Below are positions 37,550 through 51,303 of a stretch of 64,000 nucleotides of DNA, piece by piece. Location of the stretch: the NCBI RefSeq assembly GCF_006345805.1, contig NC_043020.1:7750001-7814000 (forward strand), in the 5' to 3' direction. How positions within the stretch are numbered: position 1 is the first letter of the stretch; each line of letters starts with the position of its first letter. A model generated the notes under the pieces. The model saw nothing but the letters and a program-made list of their open reading frames with translations, was not told the DNA's origin and did not search any database. A program made the position numbers and the translations under genes. The DNA comes from Octopus sinensis (lineage: Eukaryota).

Positions 37550-38744
37550 TTGTGCCAAATGACTTTTACCAGTGGCAAAAAACTGAGTGAAACCTTAAAA
37601 TTCATCATTAATTTGTAGTCTTTCTACTTGTGTGTATTTCTGTCTGTGAGTCTGTAAGATTTGCCAGAGATAAAGATTGAACTTTAGATCTTCTTGGTAG
37701 CAACACCCCCCCCCAACCCAACCCTCTCTCATAATTTCTCACTCATACACTCTCTCTCTTGTTTAGATACACACACACATTCTCTCTCTCTTTCTCTGCT
37801 TCCCTCTTTATCCCCTGCTCCTCTCTCGCTCCCTCTCTCTTCACCTAGTCATACATTTATGTTTTATTTGTTGTTTGGTACCAGGGTGACCTTGATTGAG
37901 CCAACATATGATCAGACATGCCAACTGTGACCATCTTGTCTTTTTAACAATATCTACAACTGCATTTCCTTGTCTGCCCATATTTTATTTCTTTTCAATT
38001 TATTTACATCAATAGATTGTGATTTGTGTCAGATTTAACTTCTGTTTCTAGCACACCACACACTTCCTCATACAAAATTTCTCCTTCTCTGGTTGCTATA
38101 TGTAGGTGTTATCTGTCTGTGACCTTTAATGGGAGATAAGGATTGACCCTATGGCCTTCCATATTTTAGTGGAGTTCAGCTATGACCATCACGGCTCCCT
38201 TTCTTTTCTCTTTCCCTTTTTCCTTTGTGTATGTGTTGTACATATTGTGGTTGTGAATGTATATTTTGCATGTGTGTGTTTTGCATGTATATATGTGTGT
38301 ATGCCTTCTATGTGTATGAACGGGATATATGTGAGTAGTTGTGTGTGTGTGTGTGTGAATGTTGTATTTGTGTTGTGTGTGTAGTGTGTTTTGTCAGATA
38401 TATATATATAATATATATATATCCCTCTCTCTTTCGGAGTGGCACTGAGCAGCTATACGCACACATACACACACGGCAGTAACTTCCACCTACCGAATTC
38501 AATCACAAAGCTCCAGTCAGCTCGGGGCTATAGTGGAAGACACCTACCCAAAGTGCCTCGCAGTGGGACTGAACCCGAAACCATGTAGCTAGGAAGCAAG
38601 CTCCCTAACCACACAGCCATGCCCATATATATATTTATTATCTTATGGTAGTGGAATAGTATTTAACTGCTATATCTAAATTTTGGTATGTGGTGAAGCA
38701 ATTTTGCTGAACCCTAATTATAATTATGCTTATAATCATAAAAT

Positions 38745-38940
38745 TTTTGTGCTGGTGGCACATAAAAGTACTCATTACACTCTCAGAGTGGTTGGCATTA
38801 GGAAGGACATCCAGCTATAGAAACCATGCCAAATCAGACTGGAGTCTGGTACAGCCTTCTGGCTTGCCAGCCCTGGTCAAACCATCCAACTCATGCCAGC
38901 ATGAACAATGGACGTTAAGTGATGATGAAGATGATGATGA
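38745..38940 (+). mobile_element. Family R RTE-type tail
   Basis: gctggtggcacataaaag..ttaggaaggacatccag..(gat)n. Confidence 0.8.
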
Positions 38941-39199
38941 TATATTAGGTGGAAGTTTGAACCTCTGACCTTTAAAATAGTAAGAATATCCAATCACTAT
39001 ATGACATCCCATCTCCTACCTCTCTCTCTCTTCCTGCCTCCCTCTGTGTCTGTCTCTCTTTCTCAGTTTCCTCCACCTTCCATCTATTTACATACATTTT
39101 TGTGTGTGTATTTTAAGAACCTAAGTCAGCATTTGAACTTTTGTTCTCTACTGCAACTCTTTGGGTCCTTAACCAAGCATTTTCACTTCATTCCTTCAT

Positions 39200-39595
39200 G
39201 GAGTGGCTGTGTGGTAAGTAGCTTGCTAAACAACCGCATGGTTCCGGGTTCAGTCCCACTGCGTGGCATCTTGGGCAAGTGTCTTCTACTATAGCCCCGG
39301 GCTGACCAATGCCTTGTGAGTGGATTTGGTAGACGGAAACTGAAAGAAGCCTGTCGTATATATGTATATATATATATGCGTGTGTGTGTTTGTGTGTCTG
39401 TGTTTATCCCCCTAGCATTGCTTGACAACCGATGCTGGTGTGTTTACGTCCCCGTTACTTAGCGGTTCGGCAAAAGAGACCGATAGAATAAGTACTGGGC
39501 TTACAAAAAGAATAAGTTCCGGCGCCGAGTTGCTCGATTAAAGGCGGTGCTCCAGCATGGCCGCAGTCAAATGACTGAAACAAGTAAAAGAGTAA
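39200..39595 (+). mobile_element. SINE family A, full length
   Basis: Head to tail homology with the other copies. Confidence 0.92.
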
Positions 39596-39837
39596 CAATT
39601 TGATAATGTCAGGTGCTAATATCTTGACAGGTATCTCAGGTGCCTTTTTTTTTCTCATATTTATTTCATTTACTTTACTTTATCCTGGAAACCTTTATTA
39701 CTTTCCATAATTTTTGCTCTCTTATCTCATTTTGTATCATTTGTTCAGATTATAACGTTGAGGGACAGAGTAACTGTGAGATTTACTTATTACCTCCAGC
39801 AAATCATACAGACTACACACATTGATATGAAGTGTGC

Positions 39838-39967
39838 ATGTGCACACACACACACACACACCTACACACACCACACACACACACTACAAACACATACACA
39901 CACAGACTACACACACACACTACAAACACATACATACACTACAAACACACATGCACACACACTACAT

Positions 39968-39999
<32 letters not shown>

Positions 40000-40252
40000 T
40001 ACACACACAGACTACACACACACACTACAAACACATACATACACTACAAACACACATGCACACACACTACATGCACACACACACACACACACACACTACA
40101 AACACACACACAAACACACACACACTACAAACACACACACACACAGACACACACATACATACACTACAAACACATATGCACACACACTACATGCACACAC
40201 ACACACACACACACACACTACACACACTCTAAACACATACATACACACACAT
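39838..40252. repeat. Compound (CA)n satellite with internal duplications
   Basis: Recurring cacactacaaacacatacatacactacaaacacacatgcacacacactacatg. Confidence 0.9.
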
Positions 40253-40550
40253 TAGGTGGAAAGAAGGCATGGCACACTTTTTAACAATGGATCCTTTTAG
40301 CTGTACCTTGTTGCTCTTCAGATTACTCACTGTAACATAGGTCTACTTCGCAATGTATCTCTTGGTTGCACTTCTTTTTAACATTGAATCTGTGGGTTAT
40401 GCTTCTTTATAATAGTGGATCTGATTGCCACATCTTGTTGCTCCGCTAATTGCCTACTGTACCATGGGTCTTTTTGATCAGAATCGATCTGGATCTACAA
40501 AACTGCATTCTCTTTTTATCCCTCTTACACACACATGCCCATATTCTCTA

Positions 40551-40797
40551 TATATTCATATAACGCTTTTGTCTTGGTGTGTGTCTGTGTGTCTGTTTGG
40601 TTGTAACCCTCACCTGACCACGGCTTTCAACCGATTCGATGAATACTTGACACACACATAGCCCAATGTCATAATCAAACTGACGCAGAGTATTTTTGAA
40701 AAGTTCCCCCAGTTCTGAAAAAAATACGATAAATTCGACATGGGGTCGAGAATTCAGAAACACAAACCGAGCAACGCCGGGCATATCTGTATGTGAG
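40551..40797 (+). mobile_element. Non-autonomous Helitron-like element, second family
   Basis: Shares the subterminal ccgagcaacgccggg hairpin with 43559-43573; terminal CTAG decayed. Confidence 0.55.
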
Positions 40798-41000
40798 ATA
40801 AAAGACATGGTCTTTCTGAAACGCTAAATCAGCAGGTCACACCTAGTGGCCATCTACCGACTGTAACAGGGGTCTCTGTCATTAGCCCTAAACTGAAGTT
40901 ACACAACAACTTAGATACATGCATGAGGCAAAACAATCTGGGATAACAGATCTGTGGGTTGCAGCTTGTTGCTTAGTTTAGTAATTACAAACCAAATATA

Positions 41001-41225
41001 TATTTCTTTACTACCCACAAGGGGCTAAACACAGAGGGGACAAACAAAGACAGACAAAGGGATTAAGTCGATTACATCGAGCCCAGTGCGTACTTAATTT
41101 ATCGACCCCAAAAGGATGAAAGGCAAAGTTGACCTCGACGGAATTTGAACTCGGAACGCAACGACAGACGAAATACGGCTATGAATTTCGCCCGGTGTTC
41201 TAACGTTTCTACCAGCTCGCCGCCT
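41001..41225 (-). mobile_element. SINE family B
   Basis: Reverse complement of 62219-62452. Confidence 0.88.
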
Positions 41226-41505
41226 AGTATAGGTTTGTCAGAACTCACAATAAATCACAAGCATGCACACGAACATGCATATATGCATTATACATTGTTG
41301 CAGAAGTCAAGCTTTGTTATTTGCATTTGGTTGAAGAAGTGCACATCTTAATTTCAAATCAGCTTCTGGTGCTACTTCAATATTTGAGTAATCACTGTTA
41401 GGAAGAGCACCTGTTTCCTCCGTCTATAAAAATGTCAAAGTACTTACTCCTAAAACTTCTTCAGTAGATATATATATATTTTACAAGTAAAGAATATATA
41501 TGTAT

Positions 41506-41537
<32 letters not shown>

Positions 41538-41731
41538 AACAAAAATCTGAATAGAGAAAATCATATCATTAATTGTAGAATTCACCTTACAAAGCCAACA
41601 ATTGTTTCTGTTGTATCAACATATTTAGATATAACAAATATCATTGAAATTAATATTTCCGAAAATACATGTTAACATGATGTTTTCAAGGCAATCAAAA
41701 ATTAGTTAAATTCTAAGTGAATTCGTATGTA

Positions 41732-42566
41732 CAGGGTGCAATAGGTAAATTGTTGTCATTTTGTATTTTTCATTTCACGCTTTGTTTGTTTTTGATTTTG
41801 TCAACTACACAGTATAGTAGGTTCAGTTGGGTACCATCTGTGAAAAAAACAGCATCAAGACGCAATTAACTCTGCCAGAAATTTGGATACGACATACTCT
41901 ACTACTTGGCATTCATGCTGGAAGCACCAATATGAACACTTCAGAGTGTTTGGGTGTCAATCTGAGGATATATACTGAGAGTGATAAACATCAAACATCC
42001 GGTCAACGTCATGGTGTTTGGAGCAATCAATAGTGATGTGGATGTTATGCCTCCATTCATCTTCCCACATGCCTCAGACTCAACATGAAGGCCTACATCA
42101 AGTGCCTAAAAGAGGTAGAAAACCCTGTTTCTGGCAACAGGACTCTACACCATGCCACACAAGCCTGAAAACCCAGTCATGGCTATCAAACATTTTCTGT
42201 GACCACACCACCACTCACATCTGGTCACCTAACTCCCCAGACTGCAACCCCCTTGATTATTATGTGTGGTGTGCAGTTGAGTGAGGGACCAGTAAAATTC
42301 CTTGTCACACCAAAGAGCAACTGAAGGCAAGGATTGTGGCAGCATTCACCAACTTAAACACGGAGATTGTCCAGTAGAATTGCAGGAGATTCTGAAGTCG
42401 TCTAGGGGTTGTGGTTGAAGCCAATGGTGATTTTATTGAATAAATTTACTCTTTAGTATTTCAAGATATTTTTTTGTAATTTTGGTAAATATATCTGTTA
42501 AAATGAGATGTTCGTGTTATTTTCATTTCTGTGTAATTTAGATGACAGTTTATTCACAGCACCCTG
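41732..42566 (+). mobile_element. Internally deleted mariner DD37D (maT) element with transposase relic
   Basis: TA TSDs; TIR cagggtgc / gcaccctg; WQQDSTPCH..SPDCNPLDYYVW with 37 residues between the second and third catalytic Asp. Confidence 0.88.
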
Positions 42567-42758
42567 TATATTTGTGAAAGGCGTGACTTTGTAATGTAAG
42601 GTGCAAGATTGGCTGTGTGGTTAAGATATTTGCTTACCAACCACATGGTTTCAGGTTCAGTCCCACTGTGTGACACCTCGGGCAGGTGTTGCTTATTATA
42701 GTTTTGTTTTGACTAAGTCTCTGTGAGTGGATTCGGTAGATAGAAACTGAAAGAAGCC

Positions 42759-42813
<55 letters not shown>

Positions 42814-42996
42814 TGTGCCACCTCATTGACATCACATTGTAAACTTATTTGGAAACAGCTGAACATTGGTGACCAGATGGTTATTCTGCGCTGAAAATCA
42901 ACTTCAGTGATTTCCATCTGACCGATGCATCTGCAAAAAAGTGGTTGTTAAAAGAATGATGATGATGTTGAAAATATATATATATTGTACCAAAAG

Positions 42997-43043
<47 letters not shown>

Positions 43044-43068
43044 TCTCTCTCTCTCTATGTATATATAT

Positions 43069-43584
43069 ATATATATATATATAAAACTGTAGTTGTGTGA
43101 GTGTCTGTCCCCATCGATTTAGATTCCTAACTACTCCCACATTTTGCGGTGCAGTTTAACCAAATTCGGGTATCTTATAGTCGTGATTCATATCGAGCCC
43201 GTCTGAGTATTAGCGCGTGTCTACGATGAGTCTACGATTTTAAAAATAATTTAACATCATTTTTTATTCCATTTTAATGCATAATTTTTCGTGTGTCGAT
43301 GGCGGCGGAGTTGGCGTCCATGGTCACACCTGCACCTGTGTTGCTTCTCCCCCTTCTTCCCTCCGTCGTGAAGCTGTGGGGAAGGGAGTGTAAGGAAATC
43401 AACGTCGTAAAGCATTGTCAAGGAGACCAGCGTTCTTTTAGAACAACGACTTCATGGCTTGAAGACACCAAAACAGAAATGGGTAAGAAAGCCCGAATTG
43501 GCATCTATAAGGGAAGTAACTCTCTAAAAATGCTTATATAGTTATTTCCCTTACAAACCCGAGCAACGCCGGGCGATACTGCTA

Positions 43585-43585
<1 letters not shown>
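43069..43585 (+). mobile_element. Non-autonomous Helitron with 214-bp extra segment
   Basis: Homologous to 455-863; cccgagcaacgccggg hairpin, CTAG then T. Confidence 0.8.
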
Positions 43586-43664
<79 letters not shown>

Positions 43665-44434
43665 TGTAATAATCTAAAACTACACAATTTACTTTTTCGC
43701 ATGATGTAAAATAAGCATGAAACAAAGAGAGAGAGAGATTTTGGAAGTGAATGCTATTACATTTGTTTTCAACATCTTTCAATCAGAGAATTTGATCTAA
43801 ACAAAATATAATAAAGCAAAGCAAAGCAAAAAGAAAATTGAAAACAAGCAAACAATATTCAAGGAAATCACAGTCCTGTCATTTCTTATATGGTTACTTT
43901 GTCTTGTCTTTTTGCATGCCAACCAGAATCACTAGCTGCATTTCTACTGTCGTGCCAGCCAGATTCACTAGCCATATTCTTAGTGGGTCGTCGTTTTGGA
44001 TTAAACACAATACCACTTGTCGATTTGTAAAGTCATTTAGTTGTCATGTTGCATTAGGCTTCCAGCTAGACACACAGACAGAGAGAAAGTTGGACAATTG
44101 AAGTTCTGCGTTGTTTGTCTGTCTGTGATTATCGCCAAACTTTGTTGTGAAATATCAGTTTTATGACATGAACGTTCATAGATTGTTCTTGTTGATATTG
44201 CTGATTTTGCTTGTTATTTCTAGGGCTGAGGGTGGGTTTCTGCTTGGTAAGGAAGGTTAGCCACTGGTCAGTTTTTCACTTGATAAAAAAGAAATTTTTT
44301 AAAAAATCAAAAAAGTAAAAAAGGCCATTTATGTTTCATATGTAATGTACCATTGATACTGCAGTATGCTTTCTGAGATGATCTCTCTTACGGACGTGCC
44401 TTGTTAAAAACACAATAAATTTTAGAGAGAGGTG

Positions 44435-44612
44435 CAGGAGTGGCTGTGTGGTAAGTAGCTTGCTAACCAACCACATGGTTCCGGGTTCAGTCCCACTGTG
44501 TGGCATCTTGGGCAATTGTCTTCTGCTATAGCCCTGGGCTGACCAATGCTTTGTGAGTGGATTTGGTAGATGGAAACTGAAAGAAGCCTGTCGTATATAT
44601 GTATATATATAT
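44435..44612 (+). mobile_element. SINE family A, 5' half
   Basis: Head through (TA)n. Confidence 0.85.
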
Positions 44613-44744
44613 AGTCACTCAGTCTTGACAGTCTGAGTGGTCCCAAATGACTTCCCCAACCCCTTTTGGAATATGTAAATCACTTTTAACATGTATTTTC
44701 TCTCTTTCCATTTGTAATGTCCATGTCACCTCACTTGATGTTTC

Positions 44745-45354
44745 TTCTATTCTGAATTCAAATTCTGCCAAGGTCAAGTTTGGCTTGCATCTTTTCAGAG
44801 TTGATAAAATAAAATATCACTTCTGGGATTCTGATAAAATAAAATATCAATCTGGGATTGATGTAATCAACTAGACTTGTCCCCTACCAAAAAAAAAAAA
44901 AAAAAAATCGTCAAGTTGGCAAGCTGGTGGAATTGGTAGTGTATTGGAGAAAATAGCTTGCAGAATTTGTTCAAGTTCTCTTTATATTCTGAGTTCCAAT
45001 CCTGCTAAGTTCAATTTTATTTTTACATCCTTTCAGAGTCAAAAAAATAAAGTATCAGTCAAGTACTGGGGAGGTGGGGTGTGGAAGCAATGTAATCGAC
45101 TAATTCCATTCTTCTAGAATTGCTGGCTTTGTACCAAAATTCCTGACCATCATCATCATCATCACCATCATCAAAGTGAGCTGACAGAATCATTACACTG
45201 CTGGGCAAAATGCTTAGCGGCATTTCGTCCGTCTTTATGTTCTGAGTCCAAATTCCACTGAGGTTGACTTTGTCTTTCATCATTTCGGGGTTGATGAAAT
45301 TATGTACCAGTTGATGTAGCCAAAATTGCTGGCCTTGTGCCAAAATTTGAAACC
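44745..45354 (+). mobile_element. Three co-oriented SINE B copies
   Basis: Units at about 44745, 44913 and 45173; the last ends gaaacc then (ATT)n. Confidence 0.8.
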
Positions 45355-45406
45355 ATTATTATGATTATCATTATTATCATTATTATTATTATTATTATGA
45401 TTATCA

Positions 45407-45449
<43 letters not shown>

Positions 45450-45565
45450 TATTATTATCATTATTATGATTATCATTATTATTATTATTATCATTATTAT
45501 TATTATTATCATTATTATTATCATTATCATTATTATTATTATCATCATCATCATTATTATCATTA

Positions 45566-45596
<31 letters not shown>

Positions 45597-45609
45597 TATT
45601 ATTATCATT

Positions 45610-45659
<50 letters not shown>

Positions 45660-45742
45660 TATTACTATCATTATTATGATTATCATTATTATTATTAATG
45701 TTATTATTATTATTATTATTATTATCATCATTATTATTATCA
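45355..45742. repeat. (ATT/ATC)n microsatellite extending a SINE B tail
   Basis: Direct inspection. Confidence 0.95.
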
Positions 45743-46124
45743 AAATGCCTTGGTGTATTTAGCAATGTCCCTTTACATTCTGCTGTCAAATCACAGTGCG
45801 GTCATTCGCTGCTTATCCTTCAGGGATCAATAAAACAAGAAACAAAGGTTTTTATTGACATTAATCAATTATACCGCATCAATGAAAATGTGAGAATTTC
45901 AGTCCTTTAGTTTGTTTAAGCCATCATGGCCAAGGCCATACTGGAGCACTGTCTTCATGCTAGAACACCATCTATGTTAGAAATTATTATTGTTGTTGTT
46001 GTTCTTCTTCTTAAGAATCCTATCACTTCTAAATCCTATAAAATCTCAATTCGCTGAAATAATCACTGAAAGCCAGGAGCAGCTGAGAATACTTTCCTAT
46101 TTTATGTTATTTAGGTCACTGTGT

Positions 46125-46271
46125 GTGTATGTGTGTGTTATAGTATGTTTGTGGAGAATGTGTGTTGATGTATTACTGTGTGTGTGTGTGTGTGGAGAAT
46201 GTGTGTTGGTGTATCACTGTGTGTGTGTGTGTGTGTTATTGTATGTGTGTGGAGAATGTGTGTTGGTGTAT

Positions 46272-46313
<42 letters not shown>

Positions 46314-46650
46314 GTATGTGTGTGGAGAATGTGTTGGTGTATTACTGTGTGTGTGTGTGTTATTGTATGTGTGTGGAGAATGTGTGTGTTGGTGTATTAC
46401 TCTGTGTGTGTGTGTGTGTTATTGTATGTGTGTGTTGGTGTATTACTCTGTGTGTGTGTGTGTGGAGAATGTGTGTGTTGGTGTATTACTCTCTGTGTGT
46501 GTTATTGTATGTGTGTGGAGAATTACTCTGTGTGTGTGTGTGTTATTGTATGTGTGTGTTGGTGTATTACTCTGTGTGTGTGTGTTATTGTATGTTTGTG
46601 TTGTTGCATGTTTGTGTCTTGATGTATTGCTCTGTGTGTGTGTGTGACTA
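46125..46650. repeat. Compound (TG)n satellite with ggagaatgtgtgttggtgtattac superunit
   Basis: About 10 degenerate superunits. Confidence 0.9.
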
Positions 46651-47081
46651 GATGTATAAGAATGTGTGTGTGCTATAGCTGTATGTGTACATATAGCTAT
46701 ATAAGTGTGTAGCTTTGTGCGTGTGTGTGTGTAACTTGTGTATAAGCTATGTGTATGTTTGTGTGTGTATGTGTGTAGCTGTAACTGTGTGTAATCCTGT
46801 CTTTGCTCTGTGTGTGTATCAGTGCATGCGTGTGTGTGTTTGTGTGTGTGTGTGTGTGTGTAAAATATATGCTGAGCCAAATTATATATGCTTGACCTTC
46901 CTCCCATTCAGCAACTGAACTGTGTATCTCTCTCTTGTGATAACAGGAGAAGGCATGGGTGGAGTGGTGAAAGCGGTGGTTCAAGATGGTTTATCTTGTG
47001 TTTTTCTGTACTGTGGAACAAGGTTCATTTCACAGTGTTATGGGTGGCATTATTATTATTATTATTATTATTATTATGAGT

Positions 47082-47751
47082 AAGGTGATAAGTTGGCATA
47101 ACTGTTAGCATGCTGGGCAAAATGCTTAGTGACATTTCATCCATCTTTACATTCTGAGTTCAAATTCCACTGAGGTCAGCTTTACCTTTTGGGGTCAATA
47201 AAATAAGTACCAGTAGAACATCAGGGTCGCTGTAATTGGCTCATCCCCTCCCCTAAGATTTCTACCTTTGTGGCAAAATTTGAAACCATTATTATTATCA
47301 TTATGAATAAGGTGACGAGCTTGCAAAATCGTTAGCATGCTGGGTGAAATGCATAGCAGTATTTCATTTACTGCCAGAATATGAGTTCAAATTCTGCTGA
47401 GGTCAGCTTTGCTTTTTATCCTTTCAGGTTCAATAAATTAAGAACCAGTTGAATACTGGGGTCAGTGTAATTGACTTTCCCCTCCCCTCAAATTTCAGGT
47501 CTTGTGTCTATAGTACAAAGGAATATTATCATGAGTAAGACAGTGAGCTGGCAGAACCATTAGCATGCTGGGCAAAATGTTTTATGACATTTCATCTGTC
47601 TTTACGTTCTGAGTTCAAATCCCACCAAGGTCAACTTTGCCTTTCATCCTGTTGGGGTCAATTAAATAAGTGCCAGTTATGCACTGGTGTTGATGTAATT
47701 GGCTTACGTCCTCCCTCCAAATTTCAGGCCTTGTGCCTATAGTAGAAAGGA
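47082..47751 (+). mobile_element. Three head-to-tail SINE B copies separated by (ATT)n
   Basis: Units 47082-47287, 47309-47522, 47537-47751. Confidence 0.88.
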
Positions 47752-49074
47752 TTATTGTTATTATTATTATTTGTAGTAGTAGTAGTAGTAACAACAATAA
47801 TAATAATAATGCTGTCTTTTTTAACCGTGTGGGTTGACAAAAAGATCAAGGACAATATAGGATGATACAGTGTGGGATTATATAAAAGATGTGTAAAAAA
47901 AAAAAAAGAAAAGGAAATAGTCCTTTCTGCTATAGGCACAAGGCCTGAAATTTTAGACAAAGGGGCTAATTAATTACATTGATCCCAGTGCTGGACTGAT
48001 ACTTAGTTTATCAGCCCTGGACAGGATCTTGGTCTGTCTCAGGGTCACTCACTTTTGCTAGCTGAGTGGTCTTGGGCAACATGAAATGAAGTGTCTTGCA
48101 CAAGAATATAACACATTGCCTGGTCCAGGAATCGAAACCGCAATCTTAAAACCACAAACACTATCATGAGTTTGACACCCTAAACATTAAGCTATGGGCC
48201 TCTTTGATACTAAGCTATATTCATCTGCAAATGGTGGTTAAGTTTTTTTTTTGGTGTTAGTGTTATTTTTCAGCCCTAATCCAGCAGACCTATGACCAAA
48301 AGAGTGTCAACCATGGCCATCCCATCTTGTTTTCATATTTCTCGAATACTATAGACCACATTGTCCAAGTGTTTTTTGTCTCTCCCCTCTATGATGATAA
48401 GGTGGGAGTTGAAATTTAGCAGCTATTTTTAGCAGGTGCCAGGACTATGTACAGGTCTTCTTCCATTGGTGATGGTCAGGTTTTTGTTGCTGTAATTGTC
48501 AGTTTTAGTGAAGGAAATGCTTCCTCTGTTGTCATGATTAGATTGCAAAATGAGTTCTCCTTTTTCTGGAGATTTCTTTGTAATTATTTTTTCATTTATT
48601 CTTTCTTTTTTGTTCTTGTATTTTTTTTTTTATTGGTTTAGTTTTCTTTTGTTCATTTTCTTTGTTTCTGCCCAAAAGGTGCCATCTCTATTTAACACTG
48701 TTGATTGTTCTTGTAACCATACCAAAAATATATTATTGGCAACGCTGTCCCTCTTCCCATCCCTATACCCCTCCTCCTCCTTCTCGTCCTCCTCTTCCTC
48801 CTTTTCTCACTTCTTCACCAATTATTGTTATTGTTGTTCTTGTTTACCATTCTACTAAAATATTGCCAGTTTGGTTATTAAGCAGCTGCCAGAGCCGGGG
48901 AAAGGCAGAGGGTTGGTGCCTTGGTGTTGTTGAAGCAAAGCTAAATTCTAGTTTGAAAGTGTTATTTCATTGATTAGAGCAAGTCAACGATGGACTTTGT
49001 GGAGAGACAGTGAGCGAAAATAGATGAAAATGAGGAAAAAAAAGTTTATCTTGTTTGCATAAAATTATCATCAC

Positions 49075-49400
49075 CTTCTGTCATCATCATCATCATCATC
49101 ATTATCATTGCCATGGTCATCATATTGCTATCATAAACATCATCATCCTCATAACCATCATAATCATGATCATTGCTGTCGTTGTAATTATCACTATTGG
49201 CCATCATCATCATCATCATCATCATCATCACTATCATTATAGTTTCATTATTGCCATCATCATCATCATGGCCATCATTATTGCTCTTATAATCATCTTT
49301 ATCCTTATAATCATCACTGCTATCGCAATCACTGCTTTCTTTATAATTATCATTATTGCCATCACCATCATTAGCAACATCATCATCCTCAACATTTTCT
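49075..49400. repeat. Degenerate (ATC)n-rich tract
   Basis: Direct inspection. Confidence 0.85.
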
Positions 49401-49573
49401 GTTATCTATTACCAGTGCTACTATCAGCAACAAGTGTTATCGTTGTTGCTGTAGATGGAAGTGGGGAGGGGGGAGCTTTTGTCTTAATCAGTTTCATCTC
49501 CATCATTGCTTTACCAGTAATCTTCTTTTTAATTATTGTAATTATTATTATTGTTGTTGTTGTTGTTGTTATT

Positions 49574-49788
49574 AAGTCGGGAATCTGGCAGAATTGTTAG
49601 CATGCCAGGCAAAATGCTTTGTGGCATTTTGTCCAACTTTACGTTCTGAGTTCAAATTCTGGCAGGGTCAACTTTGCCTTTCATCCTTTTGGTGGAGGTT
49701 TGATAAAATGAGCACCATTTGAACACTGAGACCGACAAAATTATTGGTCTTGTACCAAAATTTAAAATCATCATCATCATTATCAGTA

Positions 49789-49887
<99 letters not shown>

Positions 49888-50100
49888 AGGCAGTGAGCTG
49901 GCAGAATCATTAGCATGCAAGACAAAATGCTTAGCAGCATTTCATCCATCTTTATGTTCCAAGTTCAAATTCTGCCAAGGTCCACACTGCTTTTCATCCT
50001 TTCGGGGTTGATAAAATAAGTACCAGTTGATTACTAGGGTCTTTGTAATCGACTTACACCCCACTCCTAAATTACTGGCCTCATGCCAAAATTTGAAACC
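49574..50100 (+). mobile_element. Two SINE B copies separated by (ATT)n(AGT)n
   Basis: Units 49574-49769 and 49887-50100. Confidence 0.85.
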
Positions 50101-50141
50101 ATTCAATTACTATTATTATTATTATTATTGTTATTATTATA

Positions 50142-50491
50142 TGTTTGACTTTTGCTTTGTAATTGTTACAAGTTGACTTCAAGTCTAACCCAGAGACCTC
50201 AAGAGACAACAAGTTAGAAGTTCATGTTGGTGTTATGCCTAGGGTGTCATATATTTGGTTTTGCACAAAGTATTGTTCTAGAGAATGTTTAAGAACACAT
50301 AAGAAAATTATAAGTTTGTTTTAAAATTTGAGATTACAAAGACAGTATTTTACGTAGGATATGGGCAGTTCCCATGAGCACTGTCTTTTGAATTTCTGCC
50401 ATTTGGGGGTTTCCTGGTATCTGAACTAGGTCGGAATCAGCCCCTTTTCTATCAACAGAGCTAGGTAGGAATCAGCCCCTTTTGCTATCAT
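50142..50491 (-). pseudogene. R4/Dong-like non-LTR retrotransposon 3' end
   Basis: Minus: IAKGADSYL..VQIPGNPQMAEIQKTVLMGTAHILRKILSL* (stop at 50334-50336), 3' UTR, then (AAT)n tail; 34-bp internal duplication. Confidence 0.7.
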
Positions 50492-50564
50492 TATTATTAT
50501 TATCATCATCAGCATCAGCATCATCATCATCATCATCATTATTATTATTATTATTATTATTATT

Positions 50565-50777
50565 AAGGTGGCAAGCTAGCAGAATTGTTAGCACACTGGG
50601 CAAAATGCTTAGCAACATTCCATTTGCCTTTATGTTCTGAGTTCAAATTCTGCTGAAGTCAACTTTGCCTTTCATCCTTTTGGGGTTGATAAAATAAGTA
50701 CCAGTTGAGTACTGGGGTCAATGTAATCAACTTACCTTTGCCCCCAACTTGCCGGCCTTATGCCAGAATTTGAAATC
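50565..50777 (+). mobile_element. SINE family B in (ATT)n
   Basis: Family B body. Confidence 0.85.
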
Positions 50778-50871
50778 ATTATATTCATTGTTATTGCTGG
50801 TGGTGGCATTAATACTGTTGTTGTATGTGTTGTGTAGAGTTGTGTACTACTACTACTACTACTACTACTAC

Positions 50872-50903
<32 letters not shown>

Positions 50904-51303
50904 TGTATGTGTTGTGAGTGGATGTGTTTTGTTTGTTGAAACTGCCGTTGTCATCTATTATGTTGACACTATCATCATCATCATTACCACCACCATAAAC
51001 AGGCTCCTATGCAGTCATTTGGCCTGCAAGAAATGGTAAACTAAACAGGAACTAAAACTTCCTCAAATCATGCACTACCTTTATTAGAAAGAGATGATAT
51101 CATAAATACACTATATCTATGTAAAAAATGGTATAGGTTAGTCGCAGTTGGAATGTCTTTGATCAATGTATATCTGTTGAATCAGGGTTGATTTGGAGTT
51201 AAACAACAATATAATGTTGCCATTGTGGATTAAGTAGTACTGGTCATTCATTGAGTGTCAGCTTTAGTACACTTTGGTTATTGGATTGGGTTGCCCTTAT
51301 TAA

